Shown: positions 12,201-30,300 of the stretch, one piece after another
How the letters are laid out: each line of letters starts with the position of its first letter
How positions within the stretch are numbered: the stretch's first letter is position 1
NCBI GenBank assembly: GCA_964035545.1
Contig: OZ037766.1
Span: 29,886,640-29,950,639 of the forward strand
DNA length: 64,000 nt
Reading direction: 5' to 3'
From: Bugula neritina
Taxonomy: Eukaryota; Animalia; Bryozoa
Notes under the pieces: model-generated
Database searches by the model: none
What the model was told of the DNA's origin: nothing
What the model saw: the letters and a program-made list of their open reading frames with translations, nothing else
Program-made: the position numbers and the translations under genes

Positions 12201-15200
12201 TTCAACAAAGATAAGTATAGGCAACTCCGAAATGCCCAAATATGTACGTAGACTCACTAAAATGTGGCGCTTATTTTGCAGAGAGAGACCATCTATAACT
12301 CAAGTAATGAATGACGATACTGTAAGAGCCAAAGCTAAACCTGAAGAACGCCTGCGTAGAGTTTACCAGCATCAGTTAAACAGTAAGTCCCGCCTCTTTA
12401 GTGCAATTAGCCCCGCCTCTTTAGTCCTGTTAGTCCCGCCTCTCTAATACAATACTGTCTGCCCCTTTGAAACAAAAGGCCATGTTTATGTTACTCAGAT
12501 TCTTAACTATAACAAATTGTTTTGTCTCCACAAATATTTTCCCGCGCATTTTTAAAAATCTAAATCTGAAATATTCAAGTCTCTGCTACTAACATTGATA
12601 TTGATATTAAATATTCCAATTGCCTCGATAACAAGTAGGCACTATAAATATTGTAAATATACGTACTAACGGTATGTCACACATTATACACTAACTTGAT
12701 CAATTGTTATGCGATATAAAAATATGAAATTTGTTAGTTAATGCTTCGATAGTAGTTTATCATTATAGATGCCATTGCTATTTCCTAGTACACTTATGAA
12801 TGTAGATGGTGTACTGTTGGACAACCAAGGGAATGGATTCGTCTTTGATCACTATCTTAACAGCCTTCGAGACAACAATTGGAGATTTGACGGTTTGGCT
12901 GAGGTATACAATTTTCTAAAGGAACATTTTTTACATCCATCTGAAAATTTAAATGATTCTGAAAAACGTACAATGAAATACAGTTTTATTCTACAATATA
13001 CTCAATGCGCGCTTCTGTACTGTAAAAGCATAACTTTCTAAATTTTTGCATTTTATTATTTTACTGTTCGGAGGTGATAAACTTAGAGAATGGTGCATGT
13101 TATTTATGTTTAAAGCACTTGAATTAAACACTTTATTGTTCTCTTGTTGACTTTTTCCGTAAAAGTTGGTTTCTGTTTCATATAAAATATTGCCTCTATG
13201 CTGATTTGGATTATTATTCATAATATATGTTGGAAAACCGCATAGAGGCAATATTTTGTACGAGTTTGCTTCGTTTTTTAAATTAAACTAAAAAAATGCT
13301 ACCTTCTACTATTTAGATATTTGAAGCTTTTCTATACGATGAGATGATGAACATGGGTCTTATAAAGCTTCCTGTCCCCGTTGAAGTAAGTACTCTGTCA
13401 CTCATTGTCCGTGGGGACATAGTACTACCTTTGACTAAATACTCACTGTGACTCATTACTCACTGTGACTCATTACTCAGTGTAACTCATTACTCACTGT
13501 GACTCATTACTCACTGTGACTCAGTACTCACTGTGCTGTGACTTGTTCACTGTGACGCCATACTTACTGTGACTCAATAATCACTGTGACTCATAACTCT
13601 GTGTGACTCAATACTCACTGTGACTCAATGCTCACTTGACTCATTACTCACTGGGAGTTTGTAGTGGATATTGACTCTGTTAAAGTTCTATGACTTCAGA
13701 ATTGAGTTGATCTTTTGAACAATTTACACGGTGTTAATCTATAGTCTTTATTTTGTATATCAAATGTTTTATTATTATATATATTACATTACGTCACATC
13801 TAATAATATATAATTGTATATGTGTGGGTGTGCGTGTGCATGCATCCCAATGCTACTCAGCTTTATAGATCCAGTTAGCTTAGTCAGCAAACTGCTAATG
13901 TTAAAAACTACATCATATTCCACATTATATCACAATACATGAGACTGTTAACGACTCTAGTCCACTGGGAACCCTGATTACGACTCACCAGGCTCATTCA
14001 TATTTGCGACGGAAAACTGGCGATATTGTGAGAGACTTTTGATACTGATTCATGGTTCGGGAAATGTCAGAGCTGGCCAATGGACTCAAAGGTGAATGTT
14101 TTAAATTTTAGGTCATTTCGAGCTAGAACGCAAAAGTAAAAGTAATATTGAAAAAAATTCACTTGCATTTTTTAAGTTATATCTTAAGCTTGCATTAAAA
14201 TACCTATATTAATTTTCAAGACTTTTATACTAATTAAATCCCCCTTTGTCTACCTTGATTTAACAAATTTACGAAACAATGTACTTTGGGATTTTAAATA
14301 TGAAATTCCATTTCATAACCCTAGACATTTCATAGCTGAATGTTTTGCATTACCCTGCATGTATAATGTTGTAAATGTGTAATATTAGATTGTACTGTGA
14401 AAATGAAAGTAAATTTTTCATCAGCCACTGTTAGTGTGCTGAAAAAAGTAGTACATAACTGTAATATGCCAGCTTTGCTGTCAGTGTTTATGCTATTGTT
14501 CTTTGTGGTGTTGAACCAATAGACTGATGATAGGCGGATCACTGGACCAGGGAACACAACTTCCATATATACGGAAAGCCAGGGAATGCAACTACGAAGT
14601 GATGGTACTTAATACCAACGATAATCAAAGTGACACAGCGGTAGGATTTTTTTATTTTAATAAACAGAAAAAACTATGCTGCCAATGTAGATTTTTAAAA
14701 TTTTTGTTAAAGCAAAATGTGCTATTATAGTATTATAATTTTAAAATTTGTCATAATCTACAGCTTTCTACTTTAATTACCACTACTACTACTACCACTA
14801 CTACTACTGCCACTGCTACTACTACTACTACTACCACCGCTGCTACCACCTCAATCTTTATGATTATCTCTTTGCATGGTACTAAAGTTGTACTCAACAT
14901 ACCACACTAGCTATGGCATCGTTAGGAATTGCTTTTGTGATAATCTTGGAAATGATAACTTGTATGCAAAATAATTTAGTGGCAGACTGGCTAGAGTGTG
15001 TGCTTGCTTTGTGTGCATAGCTTTAACTAAATATTTACAGCTTTTACAATAATTTATCATCACTAATTTATATTAGTAGAATATTTTATTTTCTGCTAGC
15101 TTAATTAAAACAAAACACTGGCTCACGTTTAACTACAAGATCTTCTGAAAAACCTGATTTAAGTTAATGGACTCTTCTAGGGTTGCCGGTCACCTCGGGA

Positions 15201-15814
15201 CCACGGGGAATACGTTTGGACTCACTACATTACAAAGTGTACAGCCAAGCAAATTGCTATCAAGTCACACAGCGCCGGGGGTTCTGTTGTGGCTCATTTG
15301 CTCTCCAAGTTTGAAGATGATTTTCGGAACAGAGTCAAAGCGAATGCATTCACTGGTGATTGTTGCTTATTCGGGAAGAAAATGCAACCTTTTGTTCACA
15401 GTGTAAGTCTTTTGTGCGGAAATATTTTCATTTTTATAATAAGGTCGATTGTGAACATAAGCAGACAACTTCTTGTATTTGATTATTCCCAGCATTTGGT
15501 TGACCATGGGTTACTTAGTAGCTATATAAGTGCAGCAAAACATTATAGTTAAAAGAATCAATTTATTTTACAGCTTTAAATATTTGATTAATTAACGGTA
15601 TATAAAAATTATTAATGTATTTCATCAACTTGCGTTATTGTTTCAACAGGCAACCAAGAGTTGGATAGTAAGTGACAAGAACTTGGGAACGCCCCTGCCT
15701 TCTAACGGCTGTGAATGCGCGTCTGCTGGCACACCAGAACATCGGGAAACGCCTCACAAAGCATTTGAACCTGTTTTCAAGTTCATTGCCGAGAAATTTG
15801 GTGATAGTGTTTAA
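9201..15814 (+). CDS. NEK/NIMA-like Ser/Thr kinase fused to a C-terminal FAM172A/ARB2A-like (Arb2, alpha/beta-hydrolase fold) domain, ~546 aa
   Basis: 13 GT-AG exons, all phases compatible: 9201-9305, 10148-10262, 10425-10522, 10830-10981, 11157-11298, 11785-11909, 12282-12382, 12806-12903, 13317-13385, 13961-14091, 14523-14640, 15181-15402, 15650-15814 (1641 nt including TAA). Kinase motifs: [95 protein letters not shown]. Arb2 motifs: [53 protein letters not shown]. Confidence 0.85.
12385..12447. repeat. ~23 bp tandem repeat x3 starting at the exon 7 donor
   Basis: agtcccgcctctttagt / agccccgcctctttagt / agtcccgcctctctaat immediately after the GT at 12383. Confidence 0.7.
13437..13652. repeat. 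17 bp minisatellite (ACTCACTGTGACTCATT), ~12 copies
   Basis: Direct reading; begins ~50 bp after the exon 9 donor of the kinase-Arb2 gene. Confidence 0.85.
14778..14850. repeat. (CTA/CCA)n microsatellite
   Basis: Direct reading. Confidence 0.8.
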
Positions 15815-16885
15815 AATCAAACCGTTAATTTTATTACAAACCTGCAACATTATCGCTAATCAAGTTCTGTCTAGTTCACCACATGCTATAACCATTATTG
15901 AAACCATGACATATGTGATGATTGGTGCTTGACATTTGCGGACCACTGCCTGCTAATTATACTGTTTTGTTTTCAGTCAACGTTGTATAATAATTTTAAA
16001 ATTATTTCTTCTAATGTGTTTAATTACTATCAAGTATTCCAATGCACACAGCTTCAAGCGTAGGCAACTCCAGAGTTATATGTTGGAGCACTCGTATGCA
16101 AGGATGACTTTCTTTGGTGGACTTGAGTTGCAGGGCATTATTTTACTATTGATAAATTATATTCAATTTTCATCAACTACTTCTCATGTTGTTAGTTGAT
16201 TGACTAAACTTTTACAAAATAAGTTTTTTGTTGTCACCAAATTGTTCTAGTTTGTTGACTTAGTATTAAATTCTAAAACCTAGACTATATTTTTGATTTT
16301 TATTTTAAACACAATGGATTATTTCACATATATTTTTATTTTATTATTTGTCATACATTTTAGGAGATAATTTTGCTATATTAAAGTAGAAAAAATCCTT
16401 TACAGTATTTTTATTATGATTTCTCTAGTAACGTAGGAACAGTGATTTGTCAAATTGCCCCATAAAGGTTAGCACTAGAGATACTGCTACAGCAGTTTAT
16501 ATTTCAAGTCATCGAAAAGACAACTCCTGAGCTAAGAGTGTGTAGTGTAAAATTCCTAGAGAAATGGGAGATCAATGATCATCTAGAGCTTTTAGACATC
16601 AGGAGATGACAGTATAAATAAAATACTAATAAATAACATAATTCATAAGTGGTTATAAAACTAGAAAAATAATTTAATTAAAATGTGAGTCGCCTGATAA
16701 ACATAAAATATCAAACTAACAAGATAAGAAAAAGGATATCCAAGAAAAAATGATGACAAAATAATAACTCGAATTATGGAAGTACTCGGTTAGAAAATAT
16801 CAATAAGAAAACATTTTTGAAGTAAGTGCCTACAGTGGCATATCGCATTCCGCAATCGATACATCTCATAGAAGACATACTGAGG

Positions 16886-23608
<6,723 letters not shown>

Positions 23609-23619
23609 TCTCAGTATTT

Positions 23620-23745
23620 CTTATATCACAGTGACATGCTACAAGCAGAGACAGGTGCACTTATATCACAGTGACATGCTACAAGCAGGCACAGGTGCTC
23701 TTATATAACAGTGACATGCTACAAGCAGGCACAGGTGCTTTTATA
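23620..23745. repeat. 40 bp tandem repeat x3 containing the probable UGDH 5'UTR splice acceptor
   Basis: Unit CTTATATCACAGTGACATGCTACAAGCAG(A/G)(G/C)ACAGGTGC; on the - strand each copy reads tgcttgtAG|catgtcactg. Confidence 0.85.
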
Positions 23746-25899
23746 TATCTAATGCACTATTCAACCAATACAATATGATAAACATAAGGTGAGTAACGAC
23801 ATATGGTGAACACTTGAGCAGTTCAACTTTATAAAATAATTTTGGAACATCAGGTAAATATTATAATAAAGTTTGATTGACAAGTGATAACATTGATGTA
23901 TCTGGATTTATACAGACAGTTTACGATTCTATAACTCATCTATACCATACCGATACTGTCTAACTGAATTCATAATAAAGGTATTATTTAAAAATATATG
24001 GGTATACAATAATTTTTAGCTTTTTTAATACACTATAAATATATTAGTTATATTTTAATAGGCTAATCTGGAAATAAGGTTTTTAGATATATTATAGGCC
24101 TATATACTTTGATGTGCATGATATAAAGTACATCAGCATCTAGGGCCGCCACCTTACGATGCAACATACACCATAGCTATCTAAATTCCTTTAATTGGAT
24201 TGCAAACAGAAACTATTATACAAATTTCCAAATATTTCACAAGTTAGCTGAAACAGCTGGAGCAAATAATAGCACTGAGAGCATCTGAAGCATGGCATTA
24301 ACAATCAAGGATAATTTTTACTTCAAGTGTTATAGTAATTTACAAAAGCAAAACAAAAATGAGGATATATTGGTTATATGTTTTAATACTGAGCAAACAC
24401 TGAGCCGAAACTTTGCATTCCTTACAAACAACATCTATTTAAACTATGGAATTTCACATAAAACAAACATAATGAAAGCATAAATAAAATTGTGCTAAGA
24501 AAAAATAATTCACTAGAAGATTGTTAGAATTGTTGTGAACTGGTCAATGAATATAAAACTCTAAGAGCCTCCAGCAACCATTAGTTACTACCTATTACAG
24601 TTACTGCTGCATGACTTAAGTCAGATACTGAAATAGTGTGATGTACTCACCAATAAATGCCTCAATTGTTAATAACAGTAACCAAACACGTAGTGCTACT
24701 TATATAGGAGGTAATTGCAAGCATATAGGTAAACGCATGGTCACCTGATACTCCCACAGAAGTTACTGTAGTACAATGAGTATAAGCTTAATCATTAATG
24801 TCGTAATTCATATTTTATTGTTTGTTATATGTTCAAATAGAAGAATGGTTGTCAGTGGCACATTAATTTATTCAGACTATTCCAATACATTATATCATTA
24901 TTTGTGTTTTAAAGCTGTATTATGCATAGTCTAAATTTACTATAGGCATAATATTATTGAACAATAAAGTGATGGTTATAGCACAAATTTGTGTATTTGT
25001 AGTCACAGTGCTGAGTTAAAGTTTCCAGTTGAATGAACAGATCGAGATTTTGAGAAGGAGATATAGTTATTCCGTCATTGTGTGTAGACAAAGCATTTTT
25101 CTTTTGTTCATATATCATAAATGTTATCAATAGATACTTGCACAACTCTACTGACTACTAAAGTCACGTTAATGAAAACAAATACTGATCGTGAGGTAAA
25201 AGTGACACACCCAAATAGTATATAATTTCTATTAAGTTATACACTGATACATTATATACCCATAAAGGTTTTAAAAATATGTTGACTACATTTACAGTTG
25301 AATCACACTTGCCAACATGGAAGTTAAAAAAAAACTAACAACTACTAATCATTCAATGCTATTTGAACACATCAGTAACAATGCCTAAAATAAAATATTA
25401 CAACTTAAAAATGGAATAAGGTCTGAAATTGTAAATTTGATTATAATTATAAGTGCAGCTATCATAAGCACATTTATAAGGACTTTGGCTGTAATGTTTT
25501 TGCCAACTGTTCATTGAACCTCATAGAACTTTACAAAATATACTGAATTACTTGCTTTTAGTCAAAAGTAAACATTCTGTTTTATAAAGCTTTTTTCAAG
25601 TTTGTGGTTAAGTTGCACTAAGGTCTCCTACTTACCAATCTGTTATATTAAAGAAGTTTGCAACATGATCAGAATCAACATGATATTATGGTTACCAAAT
25701 GCTCAATGTGACTGCAATAGTGTAACATTGGAGCATAATATTATTAGTAATAAAAATATTAAATTTTAGGTTACACTTTCAACAGCATCCTTTTAGTATT
25801 TAAGTATTAGAAAAACCTTGAAATTAAAATTATGTAAATATTAGCATTATTATTTAATATGCATTATACTTACTTTAAATCTAAGTGTAACAGCATATA

Positions 25900-26910
25900 C
25901 CATTTAGTAGCCACTAACACTATACTATAACTATAACTGATACTGGTTAGTATGACTTTCAGTATAAATTATATAAAAAATTACCGTTAATAATATCATT
26001 GTATCAATACAAATAAAAATTGCTACCATCAACATATTATATGGATATCAATATTCATGTAAATAATAGCAAGTACTATTATATTAAACTTAGTGTCAGT
26101 ATAAGTATGAGTGTTATTGTTAGTGTTACTAATAATAATACTACATTAGACTAAGTTAGTTACTGCCAGTAGTGTTAGCAAAAAACTCCTAAGGCTAACA
26201 GTAACACCAAGAAACAGTAGTAGTAGTTATAATACAAATAGTAATACTCTGAGTCTAATAATAGCAGTGCTACTACTAGTACTACTACTACTGATACTTA
26301 TAGTTATTATTATTACTCATTATTAGTACTCCTATTATTATTAGTACTGAGTATTAGTATTACTATTACAGTATTACTATTAATACAAGTTAAACTGTTA
26401 GTTCAACTTAAAGTTTTACCTTAAGCTTACAGCTCATCAGTTTACTAAATTTGCATTATAATTATGATTAGCAGAATATCAATATTGTTACTACTTATAT
26501 TCAGTTTCATAATCATACTAACACTAACAGTTACAGTAACTAATTCTTAATCTTATACTAATACTGATACTAATAGTTATAATAATACTAATGATAACAC
26601 CTCATTTTTTTTAATATTATTATTTACTGTATTACTATTACTATTAGTATTAGTATTAGTATTAGTATTACTATTACTATTAGTATTAGTATTACTATTA
26701 CTATTATTATTAGTCATTGTTATGATATTGTAATTATTATCACTATTTAATTTGATATTCGAGTTTACATTCATTCAAATTGTAAAACAATAACATTAAA
26801 CAGATTTGATTGATTTTGAACTACAACTTGATCTTGAACTAGTACTTATACTTATAGTTATACTTATAGTTATACTACAAGTTGAAGTACAACTTGAACT
26901 ACAAGTACGA
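25900..26910. repeat. Low-complexity (TAC/TAT/TAG)n tract
   Basis: Direct reading, e.g. (TATTAG)n at 26640-26710; ORF 26577-26774 is an N/S/T artefact. Confidence 0.75.
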
Positions 26911-27349
26911 GAAAATCAAAATAACGTAAAAATAATTTTCTTACTTTGACACTTGAATTTTAGTCTTAAGTTCAATTTTAATTTATTTTAGTATAATTTT
27001 GACATTCAGGATAAGTTTATCATTATTGCAATTTGGAATCAATAATTATTTTGGGTGCAAATGACTTAGACTATTCCCAATGCTTAAAGATCTGAGGCTA
27101 TAATTCCAGATTTGATGGGAAATCCTTTTAAATCGAACGCCATTGATGTGTCAAAGAGGAATAACTCTCTTATCTAGCAACAATCAAGATGATGGGATCA
27201 AATATAATTGATATATTTTATTAACTTCTTTTATACAAATTTTTTTTTTTAATTCCTGTAAAAGCTGACAGAATATTAGAAAAAGAATAGAACACTAAAG
27301 AATAAAATTAAAAATAACAGTTTCTAATCTCTTTACCGCAGAATTCAAG

Positions 27350-30300
27350 ATGTCTGCCCCCGTAGAAAGTAAAAAAGTGACACCAAAATCAGCTTCTGGG
27401 GATGTATTGGTTGAAAAAGAGCCATTTCTTGCTGTAATCATAGCTGATAGCTACAACAAATCTTTACAGCCGTGTACACTAGATAGATCTAGGGTATGGT
27501 ACTAATACTTTTTACTTGTAATACTAGCAGTAGCACTGCCACTATTTTATTTTTAGTGATAGTCAGACTTAGACTAACATTTATTAGTAACAATAACTAC
27601 CACTAGTTGAGAGCTAGACGTTCTTCTACTCGTATAAGTAGTACTTAGTAGTAGTAGTACTAGCCACTGGCACTAGGTCTCAAAGTAGTACTTAACCACT
27701 GGCAGTCTAGACCAGTATCAGCACGACTCTATGAGTATCAGTATGAGCCTCAGTATGAGCCTCAGTATAAGTACTAGTAGTAGTAGACGTAGTAGTACTC
27801 ACTAGTAGTAGTACTAGTAGTGTACACTACTAGTACTAGTATTACGGTTACTAGTAGTACTACTACAGTGCAGTAGTAACAGGACTAGCCCTAGGAGTAG
27901 TAGTAATATTGCTGATACTAGTAGTAGCAGTGCTAGTGCTAGTCTGTGCAGTGTGAGCGTGCTACTAGTAGGCCTACTACTACTAAAAGTAAGTCTTATA
28001 GTATTAAGTTGCCTTTATACCTTTACGATTTTCGGTCAAAAATTCAATTTTGGCCGGGTTGAAATTTTTTCCAAGTTGCACCGTAAAAATTTTTGTACTG
28101 TGATAACTTAATCGGCCGATTTCAGAATAATACTTAAAAGGAGTAATAAATCCTTGTAAACATCGTTATTTAGTTATGACTTTGGTGATAAAATGGCGTA
28201 CTTATATGTTAATAATTATATCACCTACGCCTTCTCAATTGTCGCTTTTATGCTGTCAACTTTACTAATTCACGATGTTTACAAAGGGCTTCAATTAGCG
28301 ATTAGGCGAGTCAAATTTCAACTTTAGAAAGTGAGCTTCCGTATCAATATGATTTCAACGATTTAAAGTTATACTATAAAGGCTTGGCCCACGATCGTGA
28401 GAATCACACAAAATCGTCTATTTGACACGAAAAATTATTCGTACGAGAAAATTTGAGAGAATTCAAACAAAATCGTCATCGTTGGGTGTACACAACGATG
28501 ACGATGATTGAAAAATCACAATCGACGATAAGTACCATTTGATTGGTCAATAGAATTTTAGCAACAGTAATTATTTCATTTCTACCACGTTTCTCTATTT
28601 GACAATTTTCTGCTGTTTGTACCTCGTGCAGGACTCATTCACGAACTATTTATTATGTGTTTCGTCGAGTGTGTGGCTGGTCAAAACAAGAGGATAACTC
28701 ACGAAAATCGTCACACGATTTCGTGTAATTCTCACGATCGTGAGGCCAGGCCTTTAAAGGGGTACCCGGACAAGCATTATCAACTTAAACTCGGTAATTT
28801 TTGTCAGCAGAGGTATAAACGCAACTTTAGTATTACTATTACTATTAAGTTTAACTATTAGTGGCACTTAGGCTTGACTATTTTTTTAATAAATTATAAA
28901 TGGGATGTGGTGATTATTAATATTATGATTATGATAATCATAATGTGTTAAGAACATTTTGCAAGTCGTAGTCTAAATATAAGATATAAATAAAAATTTA
29001 GGCCAATAAATTGCAATTGGAATGCGAAGCCTTTTGGTAATGTTATAAACTGAATGCCGGGTTTTTGCTTTAGGTGTTGCTGCCTCTAGCCAATAAACGT
29101 CTAATAGATTACACGCTTGCCTTCCTTTCATTGGCTGAAATAGAGGAGGTCATATTGTACTGTACATCTTACCCACAGCTTATTCGGTCACACGTAGAGT
29201 AAGTCATGCCATTTACTTAGTTCAAATTAAACATGCCCATACTGTACATACGGTACTCAAAATAGTATTAGTTTTTCGGCACAGTTGAGTTCAACATGCG
29301 AAACTGTGCAATTGATTAATTCGAAGCACACAACAACTTAAATTAAACTAGAAACTACAATAAAACCTTGCAAGTTGCATAACAAAATATACAAATTATA
29401 AACCATGTACTCATGACACTGATCTATCTACGATTTTACCTTTATTTTAAAGAAAGTCAAAATGGTCTACTCTCATGAACATCAAGGTGATTGTGAACGA
29501 AGATGCTCGGAGTGTTGGCGACGCACTTCGTGATCTTGATGACAAGCAATTGATCTCTACGGACTTTGTTCTCTTGCAGGGAGATCTGGTAGCCAATTTA
29601 GATCTCAAGTCATGCATGGAAATTCACAAGTAATCAACATTTCTATAAATTTTTGTGATGACTAGTTAATTGCTGTTACACTTAATCAGTGACATATCTA
29701 TGTTTTTATTTGTATTGTTACTTTTTAGTTGGCTATTCATACATGTAGCGGCTGTACATGTGAAATGAATGCTATCATTTCTATAATTGTTTTTATAATG
29801 TTTTTGTCACTGTTTGTTTAGAGGAATTAATGTAAGTAATGCCCTAATTCTATAGCCGCGGTTACTGCTGCAGCAGAGTATCACATAATATCATTTTATG
29901 GTATTATGTTAGGTATATCCAAGGTTACATGCTGTATATCTATAACGGTCAATTCAATTTGATGATATCAAGATCAATCATACCTTAAATTCTCTCCTTT
30001 CCAATAATTGAGGTTTCGCCTTTAATAATTTGTTGATTATTTTGGTATGAGATTGTTATGAGTTTCATTCAGGAATAATGCTCGTGGGAACTAGTGGTGT
30101 GGTGATGTTTACCACTTAATTTCTAAACTTACTAGATAATATAGCATATAGATCGCATTCTGTTCTCTACGATATTTTTTGAGATTGTTGTAGACTACTA
30201 CAAATGGAAAATATTTATAATTAGGTGCATTTAATCATCTGGCTAATTTGTTAATTTGCTGATAGTCTGAATATAACTGTTAATTACAATGAGATAAATT

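Noticed and set aside
12769-13041. Stand-alone FAM172A gene starting at ATG 12769
   Set aside because: Arb2 homology appears to begin in the upstream exon 7, and the phase-1 junction 12382^12806 is in frame; a separate start is less parsimonious, though not excluded.
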